Below are positions 9,816 to 20,860 of a stretch of 64,000 nucleotides of DNA, piece after piece. Under the pieces are notes generated by a model. That model made no database searches. It saw nothing but the letters and a program-made list of their open reading frames with translations, and was not told where the DNA came from. The stretch is from positions 64,001 to 128,000 of the forward strand of contig JAWSUS010000007.1 of NCBI GenBank assembly GCA_033549025.1, read 5' to 3'. Made by a program: the position numbers and the translations under genes. The DNA is from Desulfuromonadales bacterium (GTDB lineage: Bacteria; Desulfobacterota; Desulfuromonadia; Desulfuromonadales; SZUA-540). Each line of letters opens with the position of its first letter. The first letter of the stretch is position 1.

Positions 9816-10778
9816 ATGGAGTGCCCACAGTGTAAAGCCAGCGTTTCCGCCAAGGCGAGGTACTGTGAACAGTGCGGCATTAATCTAGATCAAAATGCCG
9901 AATTTCTGCATGAGAAAGCACTCGAGCTTTACCACCGGGGGCTGATCCACGAAGCTTTGAATCTTTGGGATCGGGCTGTAATTCTCAAGGAAGATTTCGC
10001 CAAGGGTTACTATTATAAGGGTCTGGCGCTTTATGACCGCGGTGACTTGCAGGATGCGGTCGATGCTTTTTACAAGGCCCTGAACGGTAGAGAAAAGAGC
10101 TTTCGCGTTTATTTCAAGCTCGGTATGGCCCAATACGGTCTGGGAGATCTTGACGCTAGCATCCAAAGCTATAGAGAGGCCTTGAAACTCAACCCTGGAA
10201 GCGCGGAAACCCATTATCGGCTCGGGTTGTCCTATCTCAGGAATTCGGACCTCGAAAAAGCCGAAAAAGCTCTGACTGAAGCTATAAAGATCAACCCCAA
10301 GTATACCCGAGCCCTTTATATCCTCGGTATCGTGTTTTCACAAAAAGGGGACAACGAACAGGCCATCGAGCAATTTAAAACGGTCGTAGATATCAGCCCA
10401 TCCTATACAGCCGCTCGCTTTGATCTGGGCATGGCTTTTTATCGGGCTGGACAACTGGATGAGGCTGCCGATCAGTTTCAGAAAACGACTGAAGCCAATG
10501 AACGTTTTGCCCCGGCTCACTATATGCTGGGTGAGGTATACAGAAAGACCGGAGAGTTCGACTCGGCCATAAGCGCCTACAATCAAGCTGTAAGACTCAA
10601 CGCCAAGGATGTCGAGACCTATCTTCGACTCGCTGAGTGCAATCTGCAGCTCGATCTGATGGATGCGGCAAGGGAAGCTATCAGCAAGGCCTTGGCGCAC
10701 AACCCGCAACATCGCGAAGCGTTGTATCTTGAAAAACACCTCAAAGAAATGACCACGCCTCATAAGCCTGGTTTTTAG
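9816..10778 (+). CDS. Zinc-ribbon + tetratricopeptide repeat protein
   Basis: N-terminal CPQC..CEQC, then about 8 TPR-like 34-aa repeats; GGAGG RBS. Confidence 0.85.
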   Translation: MECPQCKASVSAKARYCEQCGINLDQNAEFLHEKALELYHRGLIHEALNLWDRAVILKEDFAKGYYYKGLALYDRGDLQDAVDAFYKALNGREKSFRVYFKLGMAQYGLGDLDASIQSYREALKLNPGSAETHYRLGLSYLRNSDLEKAEKALTEAIKINPKYTRALYILGIVFSQKGDNEQAIEQFKTVVDISPSYTAARFDLGMAFYRAGQLDEAADQFQKTTEANERFAPAHYMLGEVYRKTGEFDSAISAYNQAVRLNAKDVETYLRLAECNLQLDLMDAAREAISKALAHNPQHREALYLEKHLKEMTTPHKPGF

Positions 10779-10838
10779 TTAGCCGTTTTATTGTAATAAA
10801 GAGCACGTCTTAATCGATCAAGGAAGAGGATTGTCATT

Positions 10839-11876
10839 ATGCCTGAATTGTTGAGCCTCTCAAACAATGTCCCCCTGTTTCTGGCGACCATGCTGGTTAA
10901 GATCCTGGTAGTATTTGTCGTGGTGATTCTCATCGTCGCCTATGCTACCTGGGTTGAGCGCAAAGTCATCGGCCATATGCAGACCCGGCTTGGTCCTATG
11001 CAGACCGGTTGGCACGGACTTCTGCAACCGATTGCTGATGGACTTAAACTCTTTTTCAAGGAAGATATCATCCCGTCAGAAGCAACAAAGGTGGCCTTTA
11101 TCCTGGCGCCGATGATGATACTCGTTCCTGCTTTCATTACCGTCGCGGTGGTTCCCTTTGGGCCCGATATCGAGCTTTTCGGCTATACGGTGCCGCTCCA
11201 AATCTCCGATTTAAATGTCGGCATCCTATACGTCCTGGCCATGGCTGGCCTGGGTGTTTACGGTATCGTTCTGGCTGGTTGGTCCTCCAACAGCAAGTAC
11301 TCCCTTCTAGGCGGAATTCGCTCCTCAGCCCAGATGGTTTCCTATGAACTGGCCGCGGGCCTTTCCATCATTGCTGTCTTCATGCTTTCCGAAACGCTCA
11401 GCCTGCGAGGCATTGTCGCAGCGCAAGCCGGACCGCATCCTCTCTTTTCTTTCCTGCCTAACTGGTACGTTCTGTCCCAGCCTCTGGCCTTCGCTCTTTT
11501 TGTGGTCGGCTCGCTTGCTGAAATCAACCGAACACCTTTTGACCTGCCCGAGGCCGAAACCGAACTGGTCTCTGGCTTTTGCACAGAGTACTCTTCCATG
11601 AAATATGCACTGTTTTTCATGGCTGAATACGCCAATATGGTTGTCATCTCTGCTATTGCCGCCACGTTATTCCTTGGTGGCTGGGCTGGTCCCTTCTTTG
11701 GGCCCATAAACCTGCTGATCAAAGTGTTTGCCTTCATGTTCTTCTTCATCTGGCTACGTGCCACTATGCCTAGGGTACGTTATGATCAGCTGATGTTCCT
11801 CGGCTGGAAAATATTCTTGCCGCTGTCCCTGGCAAATATCCTGATCACCGGCATCATCGTTCTTATGATGCAGTAA
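10839..11876 (+). CDS. nuoH: NADH-quinone oxidoreductase subunit H
   Basis: ERKVIGHMQTRLGP, QPIADGLK, RTPFDLPEAE. Confidence 0.95.
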   Translation: MPELLSLSNNVPLFLATMLVKILVVFVVVILIVAYATWVERKVIGHMQTRLGPMQTGWHGLLQPIADGLKLFFKEDIIPSEATKVAFILAPMMILVPAFITVAVVPFGPDIELFGYTVPLQISDLNVGILYVLAMAGLGVYGIVLAGWSSNSKYSLLGGIRSSAQMVSYELAAGLSIIAVFMLSETLSLRGIVAAQAGPHPLFSFLPNWYVLSQPLAFALFVVGSLAEINRTPFDLPEAETELVSGFCTEYSSMKYALFFMAEYANMVVISAIAATLFLGGWAGPFFGPINLLIKVFAFMFFFIWLRATMPRVRYDQLMFLGWKIFLPLSLANILITGIIVLMMQ

Positions 11877-11903
11877 TTTACAACCTGACAAGAGGATAGG
11901 CCC

Positions 11904-12299
11904 ATGTTTAAAGAGTTCATCAAAGGTCTGAGCATCACCTTCAAGCATATGCTGCCGGGAAATTCGACCACGGTCCAATATCCGAAGGAGAAATTGCCTA
12001 CTTCGGATCGGTTCCGCGGCCTGCACCGACTGGTGCCGACCCACGAGCGGGAAAAATGCGTCGCCTGCTACCTCTGCCCCACAGTTTGTCCTGCTAAATG
12101 CATTACCGTCGAGGCTGCAGAAAACGACAAAGGGGAAAAATATCCCAGGGTTTATCAGATCGATCTGTTGCGTTGCATCTTCTGCGGATACTGTGTGGAA
12201 GCCTGCCCTGTCGAGGCATTGGAGATGACCGGTGAGTATGAGCTGGCCAACTACAAAAGGGAAAACTTCACTTTCACCAAAGAGCGACTTCTTAAGTAA
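11904..12299 (+). CDS. nuoI: NADH-quinone oxidoreductase subunit I
   Basis: CVACYLC..CP and CIFCGYC..CP. Confidence 0.95.
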   Translation: MFKEFIKGLSITFKHMLPGNSTTVQYPKEKLPTSDRFRGLHRLVPTHEREKCVACYLCPTVCPAKCITVEAAENDKGEKYPRVYQIDLLRCIFCGYCVEACPVEALEMTGEYELANYKRENFTFTKERLLK

Positions 12300-12319
12300 T
12301 AGGTATAGGAGCTGAACCC

Positions 12320-12823
12320 ATGGAACTACTCTTTTTCTATTTGGTCGCCTTGGTTGCGGTCGTCTCCGGTGTTTTGGTTGTCACCTGCAAGAGTCCCGTT
12401 AATAGCGCACTCTCTCTGGTTATGACCTTTGTCTGCCTGGCTACCTTCTACGTTATGCTGCAGGCCCCATTCATGGCGGCCATCCAGATCATGGTCTATG
12501 CAGGAGCCATCATTGTTCTTATCATTTTCGTCATTATGTTGCTGAATCTTGGGACGGCTACCATGAAAAAGACCTCCCACAGCATCATATGGTCAGCCCT
12601 GCTCGGGGTACTCATGGTTTCCCAGGCTATCTTCTTCCTGAAGCGTAGCGCGGTTTCCGGAGTCAAGGGGGACATAACGTCTGAGGTCATTAACACCTAT
12701 GGCCATACGGAACTTATTGGCCGTAGCCTCTTTACTGACTTTCTCCTCCCTTTTGAGATTGCGTCGATCCTGCTCCTGGTTGCCATCATTGGCGCCGTGG
12801 TGCTGGCTAAGAAAGAAGTTTAG
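12320..12823 (+). CDS. nuoJ: NADH-quinone oxidoreductase subunit J
   Basis: [22 protein letters not shown]. Confidence 0.94.
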   Translation: MELLFFYLVALVAVVSGVLVVTCKSPVNSALSLVMTFVCLATFYVMLQAPFMAAIQIMVYAGAIIVLIIFVIMLLNLGTATMKKTSHSIIWSALLGVLMVSQAIFFLKRSAVSGVKGDITSEVINTYGHTELIGRSLFTDFLLPFEIASILLLVAIIGAVVLAKKEV

Positions 12824-12849
12824 TTACCAAAAAGGACAGGAGATACATC

Positions 12850-13152
12850 ATGATTACCGTTCACCATTATCTTGTATTGAGTGCAATCCTGTTTTCCCTG
12901 GGAACGTTCGGGGTTTTGACCAGGAAAAACGCTATCGTCATCTTTATGTGCATTGAATTGATGCTCAATGGCGTGAATCTTTCCTTTATTGCGCTCTCCC
13001 ATTTTCTTGGAAACATGGATGGACAGATTTTCGTCTTTTTCGTCATGTGCGTTGCTGCCGCTGAAGCTGCAGTCGGTCTGGCGTTGATGATTTCATTCTT
13101 CCGTAACAAAGAGTCCATTGAAGTTGAAGAATTCAATCTGCTTAAATGGTAA
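12850..13152 (+). CDS. nuoK: NADH-quinone oxidoreductase subunit K
   Basis: [16 protein letters not shown]. Confidence 0.95.
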   Translation: MITVHHYLVLSAILFSLGTFGVLTRKNAIVIFMCIELMLNGVNLSFIALSHFLGNMDGQIFVFFVMCVAAAEAAVGLALMISFFRNKESIEVEEFNLLKW

Positions 13153-13196
13153 CTGCTCCCGGTTTTAAGGGTTTAATCCGCTTAGAGGAGAGATAG

Positions 13197-15179
13197 ATGT
13201 ACGACAAACTGTGGCTGATCCCATTCTTTCCCCTGCTGGGGTCCATCGTTAACGGACTCTTCGGCTCGAAGATCAAGAATGAGAAGGTGATAGGGACCAT
13301 CGGTACCCTGGCGATTGCCTCCTCCTTCGTGGTCTCAACCAATTACTTTTTTCAACTTCTCAAGGATCCTGTAAAGGTTCATGAGAACGTGATCGCGTCG
13401 TGGATGTCCATTGGTAACCTGCAGGTGGACTGGGGATTTCTCCTCGATCCTCTTTCCACCCTGATGATTATGGTTGTTACTGGCGTCGGATCTTTGATTC
13501 ACCTCTACTCCATCGGTTATATGCACGGTGAAGAAGGATTCTTCCGGTATTTCTCCTATCTCAATCTCTTCTGCTTTTCCATGCTTATGCTGGTGCTCGG
13601 CAACAACGCGCTGGTCATGTTTATCGGCTGGGAAGGTGTAGGTCTTTGTTCTTACCTTCTTATCGGTTATTACTATCATAAGAAGAGTGCCGGGGATGCC
13701 GCCAAGAAAGCTTTTGTTGTCAACCGTATCGGGGATTTCGGTTTCCTCATCGGACTTTTTGTGCTCTTCTGGACCCTCGGGAACAATCATGGTGTCTGGA
13801 CGCTAAACTTTGTTGAGATAGCCAAGCACGGACACCTCCTGGGCACAGGAAGTGTGGTGGTCACCTTGGTTACCCTGTGCTTCTTCCTCGGTGCCACCGG
13901 TAAATCCGCCCAGATCCCTCTCTACACCTGGTTGCCGGATGCCATGGAAGGCCCCACGCCTGTCTCGGCGCTGATCCATGCCGCCACCATGGTCACCGCT
14001 GGCGTCTATATGATCGGGCGCATGAATGGCCTGTTTGCCATGGCCCCTGACACCATGATGGTCATTGCCATTGTGGGTGCTGCTACGGCCATTTTCGCCG
14101 CCAGTATTGGTTTGGCACAAAACGATATCAAACGCGTTCTAGCGTATTCGACCGTTTCCCAGCTCGGCTACATGTTCTTGGCTATGGGGGTCGGTGCCTT
14201 TACTGCCGGTATCTTTCACCTGATGACGCACGCCTTTTTCAAGGCCTGCCTCTTTCTCGGGTCTGGTTCCGTTATTCACGCCATGCACCATGCCTACCAT
14301 CATGCACACCTGCATGATGACGCGCAGGATATGCGCAACATGGGTGGCCTCGCCAAAAAGATGCCTATTACCTATCTCACCTTCCTGGTATCCACCATCG
14401 CCATTGCTGGTATCCCTGGATTTTCCGGCTTTTTCTCAAAAGACGAAATTCTCTGGTGGGCCTTTGGCTCGACTCGTGGGCACTGGCTTCTTTGGCTCGT
14501 TGGTGCAATCGCGGCCGGTATGACCGCCTTTTATATGTTCCGCTTGGTGTTCATGACCTTTCACGGCAAGCAGCGCACCCATGTTAAAGCCAAGGATCAT
14601 ATTCATGAATCGCCGCTGGTTATCACCATCCCCTTGATGGTTCTTGGCCTGCTGGCCGTTGTCGGTGGTTTCGTCGGTGTTCCAAAAGTTCTTGGAGAGC
14701 TTTTCGGGCACATTCCGAATAAGATCGAGCATTTTTTAGCTCCGGTATTTGAGCATACCCAAGAGATCCACCATATCGCTGCACATGGTAGCCACGCTCA
14801 GGAATTCGGTCTTATGGGCATTTCCGTCGGCATAGCTGTCGTCGGTATTATCGGGGCCTGGTTTATGTACCTTGCCAAACCTGAACTTCCTGGCAAGTTT
14901 GTGGCCGCCTTCAAAGGCCTTCACCGCGCCGTTTTCAATAAATGGTACGTTGATGAGCTTTACGACGCTCTTTTTGTCAACGCCACCAAAAAAGCCGGAA
15001 CCTTCTTCTGGAAGGGCTTTGATGTGGTCATTGTTGACGGAATTGTCAATGGGGTAGGACGTGTAGTTAAGCTTTGCTCCCGGGGTCTGCGCCTGACCCA
15101 GACCGGTTTTGTACACAATTATGCCCTGACCATGGTTCTCGGTGTCGTCATCATTGTCGGCTATTACGTCTTCAAGTAA
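13197..15179 (+). CDS. nuoL: NADH-quinone oxidoreductase subunit L
   Basis: GKSAQIPLYTWLPDAMEGPTPVSALIHAATMV. Confidence 0.96.
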   Translation: MYDKLWLIPFFPLLGSIVNGLFGSKIKNEKVIGTIGTLAIASSFVVSTNYFFQLLKDPVKVHENVIASWMSIGNLQVDWGFLLDPLSTLMIMVVTGVGSLIHLYSIGYMHGEEGFFRYFSYLNLFCFSMLMLVLGNNALVMFIGWEGVGLCSYLLIGYYYHKKSAGDAAKKAFVVNRIGDFGFLIGLFVLFWTLGNNHGVWTLNFVEIAKHGHLLGTGSVVVTLVTLCFFLGATGKSAQIPLYTWLPDAMEGPTPVSALIHAATMVTAGVYMIGRMNGLFAMAPDTMMVIAIVGAATAIFAASIGLAQNDIKRVLAYSTVSQLGYMFLAMGVGAFTAGIFHLMTHAFFKACLFLGSGSVIHAMHHAYHHAHLHDDAQDMRNMGGLAKKMPITYLTFLVSTIAIAGIPGFSGFFSKDEILWWAFGSTRGHWLLWLVGAIAAGMTAFYMFRLVFMTFHGKQRTHVKAKDHIHESPLVITIPLMVLGLLAVVGGFVGVPKVLGELFGHIPNKIEHFLAPVFEHTQEIHHIAAHGSHAQEFGLMGISVGIAVVGIIGAWFMYLAKPELPGKFVAAFKGLHRAVFNKWYVDELYDALFVNATKKAGTFFWKGFDVVIVDGIVNGVGRVVKLCSRGLRLTQTGFVHNYALTMVLGVVIIVGYYVFK

Positions 15180-15225
15180 TTGGCGCATAGATCTGCGATA
15201 GAAGTGAAATAAGGAGCGAATTCCA

Positions 15226-16782
15226 ATGACCGAACATCTTCTCAGCCTGATGACCTTCTTCCCTCTCGTGGGGATGCTGGTACTGTTGTTCATACCTAAG
15301 GACAACGGTGGCCTGCTTAAAGGTTTTACGCTGGTGGTGACCCTGATTACATTTTTAATCAGTCTACCCCTGGCATTTGACGACGTTTTCAAAACCTCAG
15401 CAGCCATGCATTACACGGAGTTTGCTCGGTGGATTAGCATAGGCGATTTCTTCCAGATGAATTATAACGTCGGCATTGATGGCATCAGCCTTTGGCTGGT
15501 TCTGCTCACCACCTTCATCATGCCGATTGCCGTTCTTTCCACGTGGCAGGCTGTTGAGAAAAACGTTAAGGGTTATATGGCCGTGATGTTGCTTCTCGAG
15601 ACGGCCATGCTTGGTGCCTTTATTTCCCTTGATCTTTTCCTCTTCTATATTTTCTGGGAACTGATGCTCATCCCCATGTATTTCATGATTGGTATCTGGG
15701 GTGGGAAGAACCGCATTTACGCCGCTGTCAAGTTTTTCATCTTCACCGCCGTCGGTTCACTGCTCATGCTGGTGGCCATCATTTTCGTCTACTATCAGGC
15801 TTCGGTTGCTGGGCTGGCCAATAACGGCTTTGCCATCATGGACTTTTATCAGCTGACCCTGGATACGGGAATGCAGAAATGGCTGTTCCTTGCTTTTGCT
15901 TTCAGCTTCGCCATTAAAGTACCCATGTTCCCTGTCCATACCTGGTTGCCTGATGCTCATACAGAAGCTCCCACGGCCGGTTCGGTTATCCTTGCTGCCA
16001 TTCTTTTGAAGATGGGCACCTATGGCTATGTGCGTTTTGCCATGCCTTTGTTCCCCGACGCGACCCACCAATTCATCCCTTTCCTGTCTTTGCTGGCTGT
16101 CATTGGAATCATCTATGGCGCTTTGGTGGCGATGATGCAGGATGACGTCAAAAAACTCGTCGCCTATTCTTCCGTTTCCCACCTTGGGTTTGTCATGCTG
16201 GGCATATTCGCTCTGAATATGCAGGGTGTGGGCGGTGGCATGCTGCAAATGATCAACCACGGTATTTCTACCGGCGCCCTGTTCCTTATCGTCGGTTTCA
16301 TTTATGAGCGTCGCCACACACGGGCCATTGCCGAATTCGGCGGTATTGCTAAAGTAATGCCGGTTTTTGCGACCATTTTTATGATCATAACGTTCTCCTC
16401 CGTCGGACTTCCTGGTACCAACGGGTTTGTCGGCGAATTCCTGATCCTCATGGGCGCTTTCGAGAGCGAGTTGCGTTGGTTTGGAGTCTTTGCTACCACG
16501 GGTGTCATCTTTGCCGCGGTGTATATGCTGTGGATGTTCCAGCGTGTGATGTTTGGAGAGCTTAAAAATCCGGAGAATGAAAAACTTAAAGATCTATCCT
16601 TGAGAGAAGTCGTTCTCATGGTTCCCCTGCTTGTGTTTGTCTTCTGGATCGGCGTTTATCCCAATACATTCCTCGAAAAAATGAACCCGGCGATCGACCA
16701 GTTTATCCAACAGGTCAAAGGCAAACAACAGGTGGCCATCGTAGAGACTGTGGCCCCCCAGCACTATGGTGATCATCACTAA
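15226..16782 (+). CDS. nuoM: NADH-quinone oxidoreductase subunit M
   Basis: KVPMFPVHTWLPDAHTEAPT. Confidence 0.96.
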   Translation: MTEHLLSLMTFFPLVGMLVLLFIPKDNGGLLKGFTLVVTLITFLISLPLAFDDVFKTSAAMHYTEFARWISIGDFFQMNYNVGIDGISLWLVLLTTFIMPIAVLSTWQAVEKNVKGYMAVMLLLETAMLGAFISLDLFLFYIFWELMLIPMYFMIGIWGGKNRIYAAVKFFIFTAVGSLLMLVAIIFVYYQASVAGLANNGFAIMDFYQLTLDTGMQKWLFLAFAFSFAIKVPMFPVHTWLPDAHTEAPTAGSVILAAILLKMGTYGYVRFAMPLFPDATHQFIPFLSLLAVIGIIYGALVAMMQDDVKKLVAYSSVSHLGFVMLGIFALNMQGVGGGMLQMINHGISTGALFLIVGFIYERRHTRAIAEFGGIAKVMPVFATIFMIITFSSVGLPGTNGFVGEFLILMGAFESELRWFGVFATTGVIFAAVYMLWMFQRVMFGELKNPENEKLKDLSLREVVLMVPLLVFVFWIGVYPNTFLEKMNPAIDQFIQQVKGKQQVAIVETVAPQHYGDHH

Positions 16783-16829
16783 GAGTACCGATGGCATTCG
16801 TATAAAAACGCTTCCGAAGGAGCAATTTC

Positions 16830-18290
16830 ATGGAAAATCTGGTGCAACTCGCCATTCAGAACGTAAATTTCGGGGCAATCATGCCGTCACTCATCCTGAC
16901 GTGTTTCGGCATGGGGCTCCTCCTTGTCAGCGTATTCTCCCGGAAGGGTCAGACCGCGCATCTCGCCTGGATCGCCATTCTTGGTTTGATCGTGACAGGT
17001 TTCTACTCGCTTTCCGGTTGGAATAATCCTCAGTGGGGGTTCGCCGAAAGTGTGGTTCTTGACAACTTTGCGACCTTTTTCAATTTCACCTTCCTGATCG
17101 CCGCGGGCCTTACGATTTTGATGTCTGACGACTATCTCAAGCGCGAAGGGTATCCCATCGGTGAGTATTATCCACTGATCCTGCTGACAACGGCCGGCGC
17201 CATGTGGATGGCCTCTGGCAATGACCTGATGACTGTCTTTCTTGGGCTGGAGGTGCTTTCTGTTTCCCTCTATGTTCTGGCTGGTCTTTTCCGCGGACAA
17301 CTGCAGTCCAACGAAGCAGGTCTTAAGTACTTCCTCCTCGGAGCGTTTTCCACAGGCTTCCTCCTTTATGGCATCGCACTCACCTATGGGGTGACCGGTA
17401 CGACCAAGATCAAAGGTATTGCCGACTACTTTGCCGCGAACCCCGACATGCTCGCCAGCCCCATGGCTATAGCCGGCATGTTGTTGATGAGTTCCGGATT
17501 TCTTTTCAAGATTGCGGCAGTTCCCTTCCACATGTGGACTCCTGACGTCTACCAGGGAGCTCCCACTCCTGTCACCGCTTTTATGAGTGCCGGACCAAAA
17601 GCTGCTGCTTTTGCGGCATTTATCAGGGTCATGACTATCGGTATGGAGGGCATGGAAGCCGACTGGACGGCTCTCTTCTGGGTTCTTGCCGTTCTTACCA
17701 TGATCATTGGTAACTTTGTCGCCATCTATCAGACTAATCTTAAGCGCATGTTGGCCTATTCCTCCGTGGCCCATGCTGGCTATGCCATGGTCGGTCTGGT
17801 CGCGGCCAATGAAATAGGTGTTTCGGGCATCCTTTTTTACATGCTCGCTTATACTTTTATGAATATCGGTGCTTTTGCTGTGCTGGTCCTGGCTGGCAAA
17901 ACCGGGGAAGAAAATCTTACACTGGAAGGGTTTGCCGGCTTCGGGTTTAAAAGACCCATGCTCGGGGTGGCTATGACCATTTTCCTGTTCTCACTGATGG
18001 GAATCCCCCCCACAGCCGGATTTGCCGGTAAATTCTTCATTTTTGCCGGGGCTGTAAAGGCAGGATACATTTGGCTCGCCGTCATTGGCGTACTTAATTC
18101 TGCAGTCTCCCTTTACTACTACCTGCGCCTGATGGTTTATATGTACTTCAAAAATCCCGAAGAAGACTTCAGCTGGGTTAAGATTCACGCCGGAGCTGCT
18201 GTCTCAATTGTGATTGCCATTGTCGGTGTCCTCTATCTCGGTATTTTGCCCGAGTCGGTTATGGAGCTTGCGAAACTGGCGACCTTCTAA
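16830..18290 (+). CDS. nuoN: NADH-quinone oxidoreductase subunit N
   Basis: EAGLKYF, FKIAAVPFHMWTPDVYQGAPT. Confidence 0.96.
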   Translation: MENLVQLAIQNVNFGAIMPSLILTCFGMGLLLVSVFSRKGQTAHLAWIAILGLIVTGFYSLSGWNNPQWGFAESVVLDNFATFFNFTFLIAAGLTILMSDDYLKREGYPIGEYYPLILLTTAGAMWMASGNDLMTVFLGLEVLSVSLYVLAGLFRGQLQSNEAGLKYFLLGAFSTGFLLYGIALTYGVTGTTKIKGIADYFAANPDMLASPMAIAGMLLMSSGFLFKIAAVPFHMWTPDVYQGAPTPVTAFMSAGPKAAAFAAFIRVMTIGMEGMEADWTALFWVLAVLTMIIGNFVAIYQTNLKRMLAYSSVAHAGYAMVGLVAANEIGVSGILFYMLAYTFMNIGAFAVLVLAGKTGEENLTLEGFAGFGFKRPMLGVAMTIFLFSLMGIPPTAGFAGKFFIFAGAVKAGYIWLAVIGVLNSAVSLYYYLRLMVYMYFKNPEEDFSWVKIHAGAAVSIVIAIVGVLYLGILPESVMELAKLATF

Positions 18291-18312
18291 TATACGTCTT
18301 TTGGGAATCCCG

Positions 18313-18341
18313 AACCCCGGCCAATGCCGGGGTTTTTTTTT
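18313..18341 (+). terminator. Intrinsic terminator after nuoN
   Basis: AACCCCGGC-CAAT-GCCGGGGTT hairpin followed by a T tract. Confidence 0.85.
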
Positions 18342-18439
18342 GGGGGGTCCTTATAAGCGTAATGAGCTAGCCAGCCCGGTTTTGTTGTTATACTGAGACC
18401 GAACCATTAGTCTGTAGCCATTGAAACCGAAGGACTGCT

Positions 18440-19834
18440 ATGGCCTTAGATGATATTCAGTCGTTTTTGCAGATATTGGACCGTGAAGGTGAGCTGCATC
18501 ATATTAAGGCCGAGGTCGATTGGGACCAGGAGATAGCTGCCATTACTGACCGTATTAGCAAGCGCGTCGATGGCGGTCCTGGCTTGCGCTTTCATAAGGT
18601 TAAGGGTTATAGAACTCCCGTAGGCACCAATCTGTTTGGTTCCCGTCGACGAATGCAGCTGGCTATGGGGGGAATGGCTCCCGATATTCTAGGCAAACGT
18701 CTGGTAACCGTGATTCGACCGGAATCGGGTTCTACCAGTTTGCAGAAGCTAAGAAATTTTCTGAGCCGAGAAAATTTTAAACCTCGCCTGGTGGATAAAC
18801 CTCCCTGCCAGGCGATCATTTTTGACAACAATCCCTCGGTTGAGAAATATCTGCCGGCGCTGAAAACCTGGCCGGCGGACGGGGGCCGTTTCCTGACACT
18901 CCCTTTGGTCATTACGAAAGATCCGGACTCGGGTTCACACAACTACGGTCTGTATCGTGTGCAGTTAAAGGGAGACAATAAGCTCGCCATCCATTGGGCT
19001 GCTTCCTCTGACGGCGCCCGGCATCATGAGCTTTACCGCCAGCGCCTGCAAAAAAACCCTGTCGCTATTGCGCTAGGCGGAGCGCCAGCCCTTATGTATG
19101 CCGCCAGCGCCCCCGTTCCGAAAGGGAGTGATGAAGCCGCCTTTGCGACCTTCCTGAGGGGGGAATCGGTCCCTATGGCGACCAGCCTGACTCACGGGCT
19201 CCGGGTTCCCGCGGGGGCCGATTTCGTGCTGGAGGGCTATATCGACATGGAAGAGACGGTAGTCGAAGGCCCTTTCGGAAACCACACTGGTTTTTACGAT
19301 ATAGCGCAACCCGCCCCTCTCTTTCGAGTCCATACCCTGACCTGTAGGGAGGATCCGGTATATACCTGCACCGTCGTTGGTCCGCCTCCCATGGAAGATT
19401 GTTATATGGCCCAATATACCGAACGCCTCTTCCTGCCATTAATGCAATTGGATTATCCATGGATCGAGGATGTTCATCAGCCAATGGAGGGCATTTTTCA
19501 TCAGTGCACCTTTTTGTCCATTAAAAAAAATGGCCCGGGTGAGGGTATGGAGAGAATCAGGCAATTATGGTCGGGACCCTGGCGGCCGCGAGCCCGATTG
19601 CTGGCCGTTTTCGATGAGGGGACCAACCTTGGAGAAGGAAGTGAATTACTGTGGCGCCTTCTGAACAGAGTGAATCCTGAAACAGATCTTCTGGTGAGGG
19701 GGGATCAGGTCGGCATCGATGCTACCAGCAAATTCTCAAGCGAGCCAGGTTTTGAGGGCGAGCGAAAACCGATTAAAGCAAGCCCCTCTATTCAGCAGTT
19801 GCTGGCCAGAAGGTGGCGTGATTACGGCTTTTAA
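18440..19834 (+). CDS. ubiD: UbiD-family decarboxylase (menaquinone futalosine pathway)
   Basis: EGPFGNHTGFY, GPPPMED, GIDAT motifs; next to ubiA/ubiX/mqnE/mqnC. Confidence 0.88.
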   Translation: MALDDIQSFLQILDREGELHHIKAEVDWDQEIAAITDRISKRVDGGPGLRFHKVKGYRTPVGTNLFGSRRRMQLAMGGMAPDILGKRLVTVIRPESGSTSLQKLRNFLSRENFKPRLVDKPPCQAIIFDNNPSVEKYLPALKTWPADGGRFLTLPLVITKDPDSGSHNYGLYRVQLKGDNKLAIHWAASSDGARHHELYRQRLQKNPVAIALGGAPALMYAASAPVPKGSDEAAFATFLRGESVPMATSLTHGLRVPAGADFVLEGYIDMEETVVEGPFGNHTGFYDIAQPAPLFRVHTLTCREDPVYTCTVVGPPPMEDCYMAQYTERLFLPLMQLDYPWIEDVHQPMEGIFHQCTFLSIKKNGPGEGMERIRQLWSGPWRPRARLLAVFDEGTNLGEGSELLWRLLNRVNPETDLLVRGDQVGIDATSKFSSEPGFEGERKPIKASPSIQQLLARRWRDYGF

Positions 19835-19962
19835 AAGTTCCATGGCCAGGGAGAATCGAGCAGCCCAAGGGCGAGGCCCGGAAATCCCTTGTCTGCCGGT
19901 CAGGGGCAGGTGTAGAATTCACTTTTGTTCACAAACCTGAAGAACATAAGGTGACCATAATT

Positions 19963-20838
19963 ATGACGGAAGTAAGTTTTTTTGAGAGAGGGAAAACCCT
20001 CCTTGAAATGATCAAGTTTTCCCACACGGTATTCGCCTTCCCCTTTGCCCTGATGGGGGTTATCCTCGCCTCCCTGGCCAGTGCCGCGCTGCCGACCCTG
20101 ATGCAGATTGTCTGGATCTGCCTGGCCATGGTCGGGGCCCGTTCCGGAGCCATGGGGCTTAACCGCATCATCGATGCGCGCATCGATGCCAAGAACCCAC
20201 GCACGGCACAGCGTCATATCCCGGCGGGTAAAGTTTCCCTGCGCGAGGCCTGGATCTTTGTACTGGCCTCTTTTGCGCTACTCCTCTTTTCGGCCTGGAT
20301 GCTCAATCCCCTTTGCCTCAAGTTGTCCCCCCTGGCCCTGTTTTTTCTGGCACTGTATTCCTTCTGTAAACGGTTCACCCCGCTAGCCCATATTGTGCTG
20401 GGTATCTGTCTGGCCGCTGCGCCCATCGGGGCCTGGATCGCCTTGCGGGGGGACGTGAGCTGGCAGGTGCTGGTCCTGGGCCTGGCGGTGCTTTTCTGGG
20501 TGGCGGGGTTCGACATCCTCTATGCCCTGCAGGATCTTGATTTTGACCGCGAACAGAACCTGCACTCCATCCCGGCCCGTTTGGGTGTGGAGCGATCGCT
20601 ACTTCTCGCCCGGGCCTTTCACGCTGTGATGGTCTTTCTGCTGGCTCTCCTTCTGTCGATGCCGGGACTGGGTTGGATATACCTGCTTGGGGTCCTAGTG
20701 GTCACGGGACTATTGGTTTATGAGCATCTCCTGGTCAAGGCGGACGACCTGTCGCGATTGGATGCGGCCTTTTTCAATATGAACGGGTATATCAGTGTGA
20801 CCATCTTTGCCTTCACGCTGGTGGACAGCCTGATTTGA
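19963..20838 (+). CDS. ubiA: UbiA-family polyprenyltransferase (MqnP-like)
   Basis: IKFSHTVFAFPFA, NRIIDARIDAKNPRT, YALQDLDFD. Confidence 0.88.
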   Translation: MTEVSFFERGKTLLEMIKFSHTVFAFPFALMGVILASLASAALPTLMQIVWICLAMVGARSGAMGLNRIIDARIDAKNPRTAQRHIPAGKVSLREAWIFVLASFALLLFSAWMLNPLCLKLSPLALFFLALYSFCKRFTPLAHIVLGICLAAAPIGAWIALRGDVSWQVLVLGLAVLFWVAGFDILYALQDLDFDREQNLHSIPARLGVERSLLLARAFHAVMVFLLALLLSMPGLGWIYLLGVLVVTGLLVYEHLLVKADDLSRLDAAFFNMNGYISVTIFAFTLVDSLI

Positions 20839-20860
20839 TTCAGGAAAAGGAATTGGTTTC

